NCBI RefSeq assembly: GCF_009914755.1
Contig: NC_060932.1
DNA: 64,000 nucleotides
Direction: 5' to 3' (one strand)
Source: the human T2T-CHM13v2.0 reference genome, Homo sapiens
The position numbers and the translations under genes were made by a program. The first letter of the stretch is position 1, and each line of letters begins with the position of its first letter. Shown here piece after piece: positions 33,980 to 58,860 of the stretch. Under the pieces are notes generated by a model. It was not told the DNA's origin and did no database searches. It saw only the letters and a list, made by a program, of their open reading frames with translations.

Positions 33980-34326
33980 TGATATGGTTTGGCTGTGTCC
34001 TTACCCAAATCTCATCTTGAATTCCCATGTGTTGTGGAAGGGACCTGGTGGGAGGTAATGAATCATGGGGGCAGGTCTTTCCCGTGCTGTTCTAATGAAA
34101 GCAAATAAGTCTCATGAGATCCGATGGTATTACAAGGGGGAGTTTCCCTGCCCATTATCTTTGCTGCTGCCATCCACATAAGATGTGACTTGCTCCTCCT
34201 TGCCTTCCGCCATGATTGTGAGGCCTCTCCAGCCATGTGGAACTGTAAGTCATTAAACCTCTTTCTTTTGTAAATTGCCCAGTCTTGGGTATGTCTTTAT
34301 CAGCAGCATGAAAACAGACTAATACA
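33980..34326 (+). mobile_element. THE1 (A/B-like) solo LTR inserted in a MIR
   Basis: tgatatggtttggctgtgtcc...gactaataca; TSD TAAGG. Confidence 0.92.
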
Positions 34327-34871
34327 TAAGGCATGTGAGAATGCTTTGTGAACTGATTAACTACTGAACTAATATCAGTGATTATGACAAATATCAAGGC
34401 CATGGGTAACTGAGTAGCATGGAGGGGGCAGTACCGGAGCTTGTAAACTCTGCAGAGGGTTGGAGTGTCAGCTCAACCCAGCTAACATACAGGCGTAGGA
34501 TGCTGGAGATGGAAAGAAGAAAGTTGTGATCTTCATCTACAAGGTGAGGGGGATGGGGTGGTTCTCAAACCTTCTATAGCCAAATGCTAAGAGCATGGCT
34601 CTAGAAGCAAGTTGCCTCTGTTCACATCCTGTTTCTGCCAGGTACTATTTGCGTGACCCTGGGCGAGGTGTATAACCTCCCTGTGCCTCCTTTCCTCATC
34701 TGTAAATGAGGATCGTAGCGTTATCCACCTCACAGAGTTGCTTTCAGGTAACAGTGCCTGGCACATAGGAAGTGCAAAATAAATGTCAGCTATTAGTATT
34801 GCTCTTGTTAAGAGCCCATGCTTCCCACAGTGCTTTCAGACTCTATCTTCAGCATACCCCGCCTCCCATGA

Positions 34872-35183
<312 letters not shown>

Positions 35184-35399
35184 AAAATCTACTTTTTGTA
35201 GTATATGCTGCAGATTCCCTGACGCTGGGGTCAGGACCATTTTTGTTATCATTGCCTATCCACTGCCTAACATGAGGTGCTCAGAAGATTTGGTGAATTT
35301 ATAAATGAAAGGAGAAATAAGCCCCCTGCTCCCCAGAATTACACCATCCAACCAAGGCCTGTCAATAAGTATTTCCAAAGTAACACCTGCAGTGAATAA

Positions 35400-35830
35400 A
35401 ACATTGACGTTTATTGATTCAATGAGTATTTACCAATCATCTACTATAGGCCAGGCATTGTTACAGGTGCAGGAGATAAATTAATGAGTCAAATAGATAA
35501 GTCTGCCTACCTCACATTCTAGTGAGGAAAAACAGCAAATAGCTAGAAGTCCTATCAGGTGCTGACATGTACCAGGTGGAGGAATGTGTCAGGGCAAGAG
35601 GGGTGGAGAGTGGTGGGGGTAATTTTTCATGTAGGATGTCTGGGAAGGACTCTCTGACACAGTGATATTTGAGCAGGGACCAGAAGGGAATGAGGAAGGG
35701 AAATATTCAGATATCTTAGAGAAAGGAATTGTGGGCTGAGAGATCAGCAAAGCCAAAGCCTTGGGAAGGGAACAGACTTGGCATTTTCCTACAGAGGAAG
35801 CCAACATGGCTAGGGAGAAGAGAAAATAGA
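35400..35830 (-). mobile_element. L2 3' remnant
   Basis: attcaatgagtatttacc...aggcattgtt...ggaaggactctctga...tttgagcag pattern. Confidence 0.6.
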
Positions 35831-36105
35831 AAAGGAAGTAGAGAAAGGTGGATTCACTGCAAAGTTTTAGGACACGTCACTTGCACGGTGCCCTCCAAGC
35901 CCTGAGAGAGCCCTAGCAATGCACTCCTGTGGTCATATATTTTGCAAACTTTGCAGAAATAAGATATTTCAACTGCAAATGATTGGGACTGCTGTCTCCT
36001 TCCACTACCACTTCCCCTCTGTTGCACATCCCCTGAGTTGGATGGTGTTGGACATTTGGCATTTGACATTTTCTGGATCCAACTAAGAGGAAGTTGAGTT
36101 GGGGA

Positions 36106-36979
36106 GTGATGGTTAATTTTAGGTGTCAACCTAGCTAAATTAAGGAATACCTTAATAACTGGTAAAGCAGTTGATATGGTCTGACTCTGTGTTTCCACCC
36201 AAATCTCATCTTATAGCTCCCATAATTCCCACGTGTTGTGGGAGGGAGGCAGTGGGCGATGATTGAATAATGGGGGCAGGTCTTTCCTGCGCTCTTCTCG
36301 TGATAGTGAATGGGTCTCATGAGATCTGATGGTTTTGAAGATGGGAGTTTCTCTGCACAGGCTCTCTCTTTGCCTGCTGCCATCCACAGAAGATGTGACT
36401 TGCTCCTCCTTGCCTTCCACCATGATTGTGAGGCCTCCCCAGACACGTGGAACTGTAAGTCATTAAACCTCTTTCTTTTGTAAATTGCCCAGTCTTGGGT
36501 ATGTCTTTATCAGTGGCATGAAAACAGACTAATACTCCATTATTTGGGTGTGTGTCTTTGAGGGTGTTTCCAGAGGAGTTTGGCGTGTGAGCCTGAGTGG
36601 ACTCAGTGGGGAAGATCCACCCTCAATGTGGGCAGACGCCATCCAATTGGCTAGAGGCCTGGATAGAACAAAAACAAAGGAAGGGCAAATTGGTTGCTCT
36701 CTTTCCTGGAGCTGGGATACACCCCCTTGCTCCTGCCCTTGGACCTCAGGCTTTCTGGCTTCAGGACTTACACCAGTGGCCCCTTGGGTTCTGAGGTCTT
36801 TGGACTTGCACTGAGCCATGCTACCAGCATCCCAAGGTCTCCAGCTTGCAGATACCTGTCATGGGACTTCTCAGCCTCTATAATCATGTCAGCAAATTCC
36901 CCTAATAAATCCCCCTTATTTACCTACGTTGCATATCTGCCCTATTGGTTCTGTCCCTCTGGAGAACCCTGATGAATAC
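36106..36979 (+). mobile_element. MLT2 (ERVL) LTR with nested THE1
   Basis: gtgatggttaattttaggtgtcaac...ctattggttctgtccctctggagaaccctgatgaataca. Confidence 0.82.
36172..36535 (+). mobile_element. THE1 (A/B-like) solo LTR
   Basis: tgatatggtctgactctgtg...aaaacagactaatact. Confidence 0.9.
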
Positions 36980-37616
36980 AGGGAGACTTTTCGTCTGTTC
37001 TATTTTCTGATTGTAATAAATATTCAATTTCATACATTATTTTGGATGGTACCTCTTAAAAAGCTCTCCATTTTATAAGCTTTGGGCTCCACAAAACCTG
37101 GATCTGATGCTGAAGGTAGAAATAAAGACAGATGAAGACAAGGAGGTGGCTGGGGCTTCTCCTCTGAGTAGGACAGGGAGCAGTAGAGTGTTTTGGGCAG
37201 AGAGGTGACATGACACACTTTAAAGGATTGCTCTGGCTGGGTGTGGTGGTTCATGCCTGCAATTTTAGCACTTTGAAAGGCCAAGGAAGGATTGCTTGAG
37301 GCCAGGAGTTCGAGGCCAACCTGGGCAACATAGCAAGATCCCTTCTCTAGAAAAGTTAAAATTAAATAGAAGATCACTCTCTCTGCCCTGTTAAGGCTGC
37401 ATCATCTTTGTGAGGGGGTCGTGGCACACCAGGATGCGGTGACATAGAGAATACAGACGTCTGCATTTGAGTTGAGTCACAGGAGTTTTTTTAGAGGGTG
37501 TAAACAGCTTCATTTCTGGATGGAAAGAAAGTTGCCACAGGCATGGGACAGGTAAACAGAGTGAGGGGTGATGAGGGATGTGAGCTGGAGAGGTCAGCTG
37601 GCCCATGTCATGGTAG

Positions 37617-38124
<508 letters not shown>

Positions 38125-38761
38125 CCTTATTGGCTTTTAATAGACAGATACCATATTGAAGCAGGGAGGTAATGACTTCCACCCGCATCTCCTTACACTA
38201 TCTTACTTGGCCCCCACAGACTCTAGGAATACAGCCGTTTTCTTAGTTCTTGGTCACAAGAGAGGGATACTGAGGGCATCTGGATGACACCAATGCAGCA
38301 TATTGGTGCCGTGGGAAACTAGACCTCCTTGCACCCAAAACTATGTCTCCAGACACAGGGTATTGTGCATCTAGTCCCTCTTCCTCTCAGGCACACATAT
38401 CAGGAGCAAAGAGCAGGTAACAGATCTCCCTGTTACCCCAAAGGCAGATGAGCTTATTCTTGGGGGATGCACTCTCTGTCCCAGCATTTCCCATCATTGT
38501 CTCCTACTTGTGGCATCTCAGTTCTTCATGTAAATAGATCCTGGATGATCCTGGGTGATCTCACATTGTGGCTCTGTAGCCATGCCTGGACACGTCAGAA
38601 TTCCCAGTGGATTCCCTGGTGAGGCTCTCACTTTGGAATCCTTATGATTCTAGTAGGTCTGTACTCTATATGGGGAATTATGAACATTCACAGAAGTGTT
38701 TGTATATATAGATGATATGCCACATCTCATTGAGCTAAAGTTATAAAAACACGTTTTTGAG

Positions 38762-39164
<403 letters not shown>

Positions 39165-39190
39165 TTATACAGAACAACATTCTTGGTAGA

Positions 39191-39416
39191 CACAACAGGG
39201 TGACTGTAGTCAGTAATAACTTAATTGTACATTTTAAAATAACTAACAGTGCAATTGGATTGTTTGTAACACAAAGGATAAAAGCTTGAGGGGATGGATA
39301 CCTCATTCTGTCTCATGTGATTATTTCACATTGTGTGCTGTATCAAAACATCTCATGTACCCCATAAATGTATACACCTACTACGTACCCACAGAAATGT
39401 AAGAAAATGTTTAAAA
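39191..39416 (+). mobile_element. 5'-truncated L1MA 3' end
   Basis: cacaacagggtgactgtagtc...tgtaccccataaat...tacccac; TSD AACATTCTTGGTAGA at 39176-39190 and 39417-39431. Confidence 0.88.
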
Positions 39417-39754
39417 AACATTCTTGGTAGAGAAGTTCTACCTTAGTGTAGACTTGAAGAGCTCATTTCTATGTTATTTCTGTTACTCTTATTTTAGATT
39501 AATTGGGGCAAAAAAAGGAATTTTCCATTGGGGTTTTGGCCCTCCACTTGGAAGTCCATTGTCTGACAATAATTCCTTTCTCTTCCTCCTATTGTTTGTG
39601 GTTTTTTCTACTATATTTCAACACACTCAAATATTCAGTATCCAGAATTCATGTGTGTAAAGAGCTTTGTGGTTTATAAAACACTTCTTACATATAGCAA
39701 TTAATGTAAATGTTACAATAACTTTGTGTGGAAGGCATTGTCCCTATTTAATAG

Positions 39755-40460
<706 letters not shown>

Positions 40461-40815
40461 AAATAGATGACATATTTGAGGGTCAGAGAGTTTGCACACT
40501 TTTCCAAGGGCACACACACAGTAAATGGCAGAAGTGGGACTTGAACCCTACCTTTATAAGCCAGGCCCAGTGCTCCAATATGGGACCATTGGCAACTCAG
40601 TAAACTTTTGTGTGAGAGTGTTCAGTTGGAAGGTTAATTCTTGTTTGCCATAGAAAGAGAGAACAAGACTGACAGTGGAAGTCATTGTCACTATTGCCAT
40701 CAAATATAATATTATCAGCAGCCCAAGAATGTCCACTTTTTAACAGAGCTAGGCTATTTTTTCAAAACCAGAATTTCTGTTTTGGATGAAGAAGCACAAT
40801 AGTAAAAAAATCAGA

Positions 40816-41420
<605 letters not shown>

Positions 41421-42244
41421 AAATCAAATTTTAGCCAGTTTTTATCAAGAAAAATAGATCTTCCTATTGGCTTATCAAAGTTCTTTAGAGACAAGTAATA
41501 CAGGTGAACCTGGGCTCACATAAACAGAAAGGAAGGAATAAAATCAGATCCTCTCAAGGAAACAAGGGGCAGTAATGCGGATAGAAATGGGTAGGATTTT
41601 TTTTTCTCTCTAGCTCTTGTCTTTGCTTTTCTCTGAAGCATGTGCTTCATTCTTCTCTCTTTCTCAATTCAGACACACTTTCTCTGCTTCTCTGGCCACT
41701 CCAGTGTTTCCAGAGGTTGAGGCACCAGCCTGGACAAACTGAGCAGCTTCCTGGTCCCAATTCTCAATTTCCCAGGGGAGAGGACCTGAGGCCACCTTGG
41801 AGCAGGTGTTCGCCTCTGGTCCAGTCAGCAATAGGCAAGAGCAGAGGGTATCCTGTAATATCAGCATGGCTGCCAGGGCCCTACCCCAGTGCACCTGGTG
41901 GCAGTTCCCAGAGAATGAGGAATTGTGAGTTTTGCCCACACCTGAAAAAGTGTTGACCATAACTGAGCAGCGGGAAAATTGTTATAAAGTTTGGAATTAG
42001 CCAGTAGGCAATAGTTTTGTTAGGGCATAATTTTCACAACTGCTTTTCAAGAGTTCAGAAACTCTTAAATATAAACTTTAGTATCATGTGTCTGCTTGTA
42101 TGTTTAAATCCGGGAACATCTTTACAGACCACCTAATCCAACCCTCCTTTATTTAAACCAGTGATGAAACTGGGACTTGGTGGGCAAAGTGACATGCCCA
42201 AGGTCACACAGCAAATTAGCTGAAAAGATGAACGGATGAAATTG

Positions 42245-42864
<620 letters not shown>

Positions 42865-44114
42865 TGAAATTAGAACATGTATCTGACTGTGTTCTTATTA
42901 CTGTACCAAGTTTCTCCACGTAACCTAGAAGTATCAATCAGCACTGAGTCCAAGAAGCAGAACTGCTAAGTGTGATGTAGATAGAACAAGATATTTCTTG
43001 TAGGGATTCAACTCCAGAGAGCCATAAAGCCGTCTCAGTCCAGCTGTTTCTCCTGTGCCTGGCGCCAAGCTGGAAGTCACAGGGCAGGGGCTGGGAAGAA
43101 AGGGGAACACAAATTGGGAGAGAGGCAGGCAGCTGGACTTCTGTCTGTCTCTCACTGGCGTCCATGTCAGCCCCTTCCCATCTCAGAGCCTCCAACTCCG
43201 GGCCCGCAGACTATCTGCAGGAGAAGCTGCTGTCTTGCCCAGAGCCATACTTGCACCTGGCTCGGGATTCAGAAAAGCTGAAGGAAGTGATCCCATGGGA
43301 GCTGGGGCTTTAGGCCAGATTGCTTCCCACACCAACAATGGACCCATTGCATCCGCTAAAACCTGACCCACCTGGGCCTTCTGAGACAAAAACACAGGTG
43401 CTGCTGAGTTTCCATCATCCAAATCTCATGCAAATTCCTCCTGTGGCCAACCCTAACCAGAAACATATAAGAAAGGGAATGACAGGAGTCTAGTTCAGCC
43501 TAGCTGAGTTGGCACCGCAAAGCCACCCCTCACAAAACTGACTCTGTGTGGGTGGCGGCGGTGCTACCTTCCATTTCCAGTGCTGGGACTGTGGCTGCTC
43601 CTTGCCTAACCCCTTCCTGGAGTCCAGCCACCTCTTCCCAACTCCCTTGTCCCTGCTCACACCAGCACAGGGGCTGTCAGCAAGTAAATCTGTGGCTTAA
43701 GTCAATGTCCAACCGGGAAATGAGATGCCCAAACAACAGCCTCTTGTGGGCACCCTCATTTCCTGTAAACTATTCTCTGAGAAGCACCTTATCTTCACTG
43801 GGGTTCACGGAAGGGAAGCATTTCTTTCCTTGGTGGATGGGGAGAGATTCTCCCCTCATTCTGAGCCCGGAGGCCCACCCAGGTATTCTCTAATAGAATC
43901 CACGGTGAGGAGGGTGATGGTAGCAGAGCCCGTTCTTCCACTTCTTGGTAAGCTGCGAGGAATGCTTCTAGTTCCCAGTTATTAGCAACTTCTCATGGTA
44001 TTAGCAACTCTTGTCCTCAGCTTTCAGCCTCAGCCACAATTCCAGTCTGATGGGAAAAATCCTGCTTCACATCTTGTTTCATAGTTGTCCCTTGGAACTT
44101 CCTAGCCCCAATAA

Positions 44115-44483
<369 letters not shown>

Positions 44484-44889
44484 TGATGTACAGGAAAATA
44501 GCTGAGTTGACTGTAAAACCCAGCTTTCCCCCCAACTTATGTCATCTCAAAAGCAGTGGGCATAAATAGAAAAACTGGATGTCTAAGGCAGGTCCACTTA
44601 CAGGATGTAAAGAAGGGAACAGAGCAGCGAGAGACTTTTACTGAAATGATTGGACTCAACGCCAGCATCCCGGTTACTAGATGGCAGAGACAGCACCATG
44701 GATAGGCGGACAGAAACAACTATCATTGGCCCCCAGGTGGACTAGGCACCTACTCCTTTCCTCTGATTATGGGGAAAGAAAACCAGAAAACTTTCTAATT
44801 AGGTGTTTATCAGACCAACCTATGATTCCCTAGGAAAGGGAATCTCTAGCCAAGCGCTCCGGAGATGGTTTGTCTATGGCTGGGGCTGG

Positions 44890-45270
<381 letters not shown>

Positions 45271-45417
45271 AAAATATATTTTTTCTTTTTTTCAAAGAGG
45301 CTGATTTCTTTTTCTGCCTTCTTCGGTCTCGCCTTCATCCTAAACTGACTTCCCACATACGGATAAAAAATTGCTATAGTAGCTCCACACTTCATGTCTA
45401 TTCACTACACCATCTAG

Positions 45418-47243
<1,826 letters not shown>

Positions 47244-47439
47244 TAGAGAAAGAGGGAATGTGGTTCTGTCCCCACACTCAGCTAGAGTTTGCATTCACTC
47301 TGATTGGAGTGGGTTAGGCTACATGCCTGTGACTATACCAGCGAATCTTTACCGGGCTCCAGCTCTATGTCTGTGACTTTACGCCAGTGACTGTAGCCAG
47401 AGGTATGGATTGTGCCAATCAGCTAAAGTTGGGCATGAC

Positions 47440-47957
47440 TTTGGTATGCAGAATTATGTCCCCCTCCGAAGATATCCATGTCCCAGTTTCTAGAACCCAT
47501 GAACACATTTGGCTGCATGACAGAGGACAAGGAAAGTTGCAGATTGAATTAAACTTTCTCATCAGCTGATCTTAAGATGAGGAGATTATCCTGGATCATC
47601 TTGGTGAGCCCACAGTCTTCATAAGGGTCCTTATAAGTAGAAGTGGGAGGCAGAAGAGAAAGAACCAGAGGGATGGCAGAGTGAGCGAGACACGGCTCTA
47701 TGCTGCTGGCTTTGGAGACAGAGAAAGGGGCCCCGAGCCAAGGAATGCAGATGACCTCTAGAGGATGCAAAAGTCAAGGAAAAGGATTCTCCCCTAGAGC
47801 CTCCAGAGGAAACACAGCCCAGCTGGCACCGTGACTTTAGCGCAGAGAAACCTGTGTTGACCTTCTAACCTCCAGAACTGTAAGATAATAACTGTGTGTT
47901 GTTTGAAGCCACTAAATTTGTGGTGATTTGTTACAGCAGCCTTAGGAAACTAAATCA
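47440..47957 (+). mobile_element. MLT1C/D LTR
   Basis: gagattatcctggat...ctagagcctccagag...gacct(t)ctaacctccagaactgtaagataata...ggaaactaa. Confidence 0.8.
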
Positions 47958-48548
47958 GTGACCCATTCCTGGGGTGCATGAATTCCGTGGATAATGAATA
48001 GAAATCCCCATTCTTAATTAAAAGATTTTTTATGATGAAAGTAATTTTTAGTTCCAAGAGCTTGGTTTTAAGTGTCAAAAGGAAATCATTAAGGAATCAT
48101 AAAATTAGGGTCATAAACAATAGGCTGAAGAGAGAATAGATACCCTATACCTGGGGAGGCCAGATAATGGTTTTCTAGGCTAGAGGAAGAGAGCTAGGCA
48201 ACAAAGGAGTAATATGCTGCTTATCTCTTAATGGGGCCCTTGCACCCTGCTCTACTTTCATTCTCAAAACCTGGGAAATGAGAACAACAGAATCTCATGT
48301 ATATTCAGGGGAATCTGAAAGTAGAGGAGTCTGTTGCTCCCCCCAAACTCTTTTTATTGAGACAAAGTCTGGCTCTATCACCCAGACTGGAGTGCAGTGG
48401 TGCAATTATGGCTCCCTGCAACCTTAACCTCCTGGGCTCAAGTGATCCTGGATCATAGCTGTAAAACACACTGCAGTCCCAGACACACCACATCCTGGTC
48501 TTTGTGCACTCTCCAGCAATATGTTGCATAAAATAACAGAATGATAAG

Positions 48549-49310
<762 letters not shown>

Positions 49311-50688
49311 GTAAGAGATTGAGAAAACCTGAGAGGTCATAATAGTCCAAACCCCAAACATAATAGTCCAAATGGAGGTAAGGAGGCTCAGGTGTGAAGC
49401 ATCTGCTGAAGGTGACACTAATGATGGATGAGGGAATGTAGACACAGAACTTGGTGATCCAGATGCCTACGGAGGGGTCCCTTCCGGCTGCCTTGCCAAC
49501 AGAACACTCAGGTTAATCCAAGTCAATATTTATCAACGAAAACCCTTTAACATATTTATATTATGTTCCCTGTCTAGATCCAGCCAAATGGATCTTTTCT
49601 TCAGGCAGTTTCTTGCAGGGACACAGGGTCACCTTCTAAACATTCGTTCTCACATCTCAGAGGAGTGTCAGGGTATCGCTTGTTGCTTTTCAGGAGGTGT
49701 CCTTGAAGACTAACCTGAGATCTTTCACAGACATCTTGGTTTCTGACAAAATGTCAACACAGCTTCCTAACTCTCTTCCCTACCATTTCTGGTCTCTTCT
49801 GACTTAACAGTAGCTCCAGATCTTGGGCCACATTGTCTGTGGTCTTCGAGTACTGGAGTCTTGTGGACCTCATAATACTTCCTAGTTCAGAGCCTCGTGA
49901 AATCTAGGATTTTTCCCCTTCTGTGTTCACAATGGGCTTTTGTTCTCGGTTTCTCACATAGGGCTGGGGATTGGGGGGTCACTCTGCTGCCTCTTCCCTA
50001 GACTCTGCAGTGGAACTGACAACCCCTGGGCCACTGTTGGATCCTCAGAGTTCTGACCCTAGGAAGCCTTATGGAAGCTATAAAAGTAAGTTTACGAGAG
50101 AAAAAGTTTGTGTATGTGTGGATGTACATATCATACACACATATGCACATACAGAGAGAATAGAGACCCAGTAAAATGTGAAATGTTCTCACGTTAGGGG
50201 GATTTAAAAATATGTATGTGAGGGTGCATGTGTGTGTATACATATATATGTAGATCAAGACATAGAATATTTCCAGTCTCCCAAACTGCTTCCTTTTGCC
50301 CAACCCCCACCCTCCACCCCCAGTCAATGCCCTCATTCAGGAGCTCGTCCTTGGAGCTCGTCTGAACGAAAGCATGTGCACTTCTGTGTGTGGCTTCTTT
50401 GCCTCCACGTCATGTCCATGAGCTTCATTCATGTTGTTAGATTTTAGTTGACAGTTTACCACTTTCTCCCAGGAGTTAAAAAATTGCAAAAACTCCAAGT
50501 AATTAAAGGTGTGATTTTTTTGGATAATCAGGATATTCAGTATTTACATTTATCATATTTGGTCCTAAATATGCATAATTGCCTTCAGGATATGACCAGA
50601 AAAAAATAGCAAACACAGACATCCTACTAATTAGCAGGCAAATAAGAAAATGTTCAATCTCGCCAGTAATCCAGGAAGTACAAGCTAA

Positions 50689-51040
<352 letters not shown>

Positions 51041-51460
51041 TAAATGAAAATATTTGATGCTAGCAAGAGTTCAATAAAATGGGAACTTTCAAATTCTCCC
51101 AGTGATAATCATAAATTAGTACAATTCTTAAGGAATGAAATTCAAAAGCCTTTAAAAGTCTTCATTCCCCTTTAACATTTCCCTGATTATGACTCTAAAG
51201 CAAGGAAATAATTTTAAAGATAGAAAAGAGCTTTTGAACAAAGATGCTCATCCAGTATTCTAAATAGTATGAAAGTAAGAAACCACCTAAATATCCAGCA
51301 CTTGGGGGAATAATTATAAAAAGTGCAGTAAGTTCACTCAGTACAATATCATATTGTCTTAAAGGACTGGCAATGATCACATCTAATTAGCTGTAGGGCA
51401 AAGACTGAGAAAGTTGTAGAAAGTTAGCAAGTTGGCTGGGCATGATGGCTCATGCTTTTA

Positions 51461-51646
<186 letters not shown>

Positions 51647-51994
51647 TTACACATACTGTTACAACCTGGAATTCAGAGATTTATCATCCAACAATGGGTT
51701 TATTAAGCTATTTTTTAATTAAAAAATGTAAAGTTTGTACTGTGGTAGGAGAATACATGTAAATTAATCTCAGTTCCTAGCATATTTCCTGATCAAAGTA
51801 GGTGATAATAATTATTATCATATTTATGACTAATATTCTTTGTTTTATTTTATTCAGGCACATGCTCTAAATATTATTTATTTAGAGACGTGTCTCAATA
51901 TGTTACCCAGGCTGGTCTCAAACTCCTGGACTCAGCCTCCCGACTAGCTAGGATTACAGCTGCATGCTATTTTGTTGCTTTATTTTAATGCTAA

Positions 51995-52320
<326 letters not shown>

Positions 52321-53169
52321 TAGGGGAAGGGCTTTAAGTGCATTGCACGATCTCATTTTATATGTTTTGTAAAGCCCACCCATACACAGCGTTTCAGTCC
52401 ATTTTTCTCCCAGGCATTACGCCTGTAAGTTGGGTACAATGCCACTGTGAAATGGTGGTGTCTGAGTTATAGTTTAGGGATGCTAGCAGCTGGGTTCCAG
52501 GTTTTGATGCAATAAAGAGAAGAAAACTGCGCACAGAAACCAGGGAAGTGGATTTCCACTGTCCAGCCTGGCTTACCCATGGGACAGGAGCTGTAGGAGC
52601 CCAGATCCCCAGATACCTGTGGAAAGGGGCTGTGCTGGATCTTTGCTGGGGCTCCTATCTGGCGTGGACCCCGCCATCTGAACATCAGCCGAGCAGTGTT
52701 TGCTGCATGTGGCAGGCTGAGCCCCCTAAGAGTACAGTCACAAGGACAGGAATTACAGGAAGGCCAGGTCTATCTGTTTGTGTGGTTTCTCTGCACAACA
52801 GGTCAGCGAGCATGGAAACTATGAAGCCCTGGGAGGCAAAGGGTGTGCAAGTTCTTCCATTGGAATTGCCCGTTTATAAGTTCTCCCCCGCAACCCCACA
52901 CACAGACAAACCTGCGGCTTCAAGTCCTGTGGATTCACCCAGGTTTGCCCCTTTTCAAGCCAAACCAGGACAAAGAATTCTGTCTTCTTGGTGCTACTTC
53001 TTCTTTTTTTAAAAAAAAAATACATTTCACAAAGCTGGTTCTTTGCTTAACGCTACTGGGGTCATCACAAAAAAAGACCAGCTTTATGAGTCCTACTTCT
53101 TGGGAAAGACCCTGGCAGTGCTTTCTGCCATCCTCTCGAGGGTGTGGTGGATCTTGTTCAACCCATTCA

Positions 53170-53433
<264 letters not shown>

Positions 53434-53678
53434 CTAGAATTGTAAAGAAAAAGGGTCCCTAGTGCATTCCTCTTCACTTCTAATTCTCCTCCTTTTTGTT
53501 TTTTCTGCTATTTGCTCCTTTTTTAAAAAAAAATTCTTTTCTTTCTTTTTTTATGTTTGTTTTTATTTTTCTTTTATTCCCCTTTAAATTTCATATTGAC
53601 AATATAGCAGCGTTCAAGAGCATAGCTCTGGGGTCAGGCAATATGTCAGTTAGCTATTGCCACAATAATGCTGCATAA

Positions 53679-54164
<486 letters not shown>

Positions 54165-55438
54165 TGATTAAATCAATATGTAGGGTTTCCATTATTCTAA
54201 CTGTCAATTTCATTCAGGGCTAGCAGAACCAGCCAGAGAGAACTCCTCTGTGCCTTCTTCCGTGCCTTTTGCCCTTTTGCATCACTTTGCTTTGTTTTAC
54301 TGATTTTGGGTGTGTAATCATCTTCCGTTTTCTCCCGAAGTCAGTCCCGTCCCCTCCAAAGCCTCGACTGTGCCCATTCTGCGGAGTCTGTGAGCTGATC
54401 AAAGAAAAGCTTGAGTCATCCCCTTCCCAAGGGTACTTGCATAATTTTATTAGGAAACACTTAATGATGAAAAAAAAGAAAAGTTCAGGACTGAAGAAAG
54501 GGAGTTCGTAAAGCAGAGTTCCAGGCAGCTGAGTGAGAAATTTGGGGGCTGGGATACTCGGGTGGCCTCCCTTACGTTCTATCTGCTTTGCCCATATTTG
54601 AGAGGAGTCCTCAAGCCATGAAGGGGTTAAGAGCCAGCCAGTGGGAAAAACTAGGAGGGGAGGCAGAAGGGAAGGACAAAGGAATCTAGGGCCTCTGAAG
54701 GCAGGCTAGCTGGCTGGAACTGGCCCATCCCTCCCATGACTTGCTAAATATAGCTGTTAAGTCATCTGCAGCCCCACGGGGTCATTCTAACAGAGGAGCT
54801 GGGCAGGGGAATCAGCGGTGGTTTGCAGTTCCAGGTCAGAGGTGTCTTGGAGAAAGCACCATTGGCACATTCTCTCCCTGCGATTTGTTCCTCTGAGCTC
54901 AGTGTGACCCTTGTGTGTGGTGTCCACCCTGAGCACTGCATGCCCCTCCATGCCCCCTAACATGACAAAGCCAGGCTGTCCCCAGCCAACTCCGATGGCA
55001 TCCCTGCATTGCACTCAGTTCTTTTGCTGAGGAACATTCCCCACTGAAGCAGGACAGACCCATGCAAAGTGCTGATGGACAGGGGTCTCTGCTGACAGCG
55101 CACAGGGCCAGCCCCAAGCTCAGGGGCCCCTGCTGGACTCTCTTCCTGGAGTGGGATTCGGAGGAAAGAGGTCATTCTGGAGAACTGGGGCTGCTCTCCC
55201 TACTTGTTTGTTTCTGGGTGCAACCACAGGCCGGTGTCACCGCGTCCTCTCGCTGACATGCGTTGGCTCAGAGCAATGTTCAGTGAAGGAGCTGAGCACA
55301 GACTTTGTCAACTGGAAACTCATGTTCTCTGTTAAAAAAAAAAAAAAAAAAGAGAAAGGAAATCTATTGGGGAAAGGGCAAAGAGAAAGAGATGGATTCA
55401 GAGAGACCAGTCATATTTCACAGTAAGAAGAAATTCTT

Positions 55439-55727
<289 letters not shown>

Positions 55728-56249
55728 TTCTTGATTTTTGGAAATGGCTTTTTCTTTAAGACAGAAGTTTTTGTATCCTTAGATGAGATGTTAATAAAAT
55801 AGTATTCCTCTTTTATGCAGACACATGGGTTCTGTTTATAAAAGAAAGCAGACATTGTCTCTGGCCATGCACGTTAGGGGAGGACTGTTCACACACACAC
55901 GCACAGACACACACACACACTCTCTCTCGCGAGTACAGCACTAGGCACTTTGTAAACATGTGCCTATTCAGGGCAGACCTGGGTTAGGACATTAATTTGC
56001 TTCCCTGAAGTGTTTCCCTGTTTTGTCTGAGGCCTGCAATCACTGGTCACCAGTAAGGGTGTTCTAAAGGGTCGGTCCCACTCTTTTGCCGTATTAGTGG
56101 CCTTACTGGACAAAGGTCAGTGAAATGTCTCCAAGTAGCGGCAGCCAGCCCAGAGGTTTCTTCCTGATTATCACCTCCTCTCAGTAACTCCCCAGAAGCA
56201 GCAGGAGGGTTGCAAGTTTCTTCTCACCTTTGTTGGAAGGCTGCTGTAG

Positions 56250-56516
<267 letters not shown>

Positions 56517-56518
56517 TA

Positions 56519-57417
<899 letters not shown>

Positions 57418-58255
57418 TGAATCAATAATAATAATATTGCCCACCTGCTAAATTCTACACTGGGCACTGTGCTAACATGAATCGTCACAGATGGGGTGTG
57501 TGGCCACCATACTGCAATCCAAGGAAGGACACCGAGTTTCTGAGAAATGAGCTGATGACTCTAATTATGGCACCCTGCTTGTGCCCCGTTAAGAGCACAG
57601 GTGGCAAATGCCCAGAGATCTGAAGAGTGGGCACCTTCTTGGACTCTGGGCACAGTTCTGGAACCCGTGCCTAATTGTCTTCTGTGTGAGACTACAGCCT
57701 CACCAAACAGGACTCCTTGCATCCGGGCACTGGAGCTGGGGTGCTAGGGCCCCCAGAACACTGCCACGTGAGGTTGAGAATGAGCTTAGCAGGGTTACCA
57801 TACACCCATGAGGCAGAGAAAAAACAAAAGAGGTGACAATCTTCAGATTTTGAGGCTTTGGGAAAGATGCCCCCAGTGGAAAACAGGCTTATCTCAGAAA
57901 GCTGCCCTTGCTTCCACTTTCAGCTCACAGTAGGTCCTGGCATTCCTTTGTCGTTTTCCCCATTCCAGAAGATGGAGTAAGAGAGTAAGGGAAGGGATTT
58001 GTTTACTCTGGAGTCTTTAATACTCAACTGTCCACTGCAGTGATGGAAAAAGGGGACACAGGCCCTCTACACACAAACACCAAAGGTCAAAAGGTCAGGT
58101 GAGCCCTTCTGACCTCACATGAACACACACAGGTATGTGCACACATATGCACAAGCATGCACACACATGCGTGTGCACACACACGCACACACACGATTTG
58201 CCAAACAAATAAAGGATGCAAGATGGGAGGGGAGATATTATACTTGGAAACAAAC

Positions 58256-58860
<605 letters not shown>
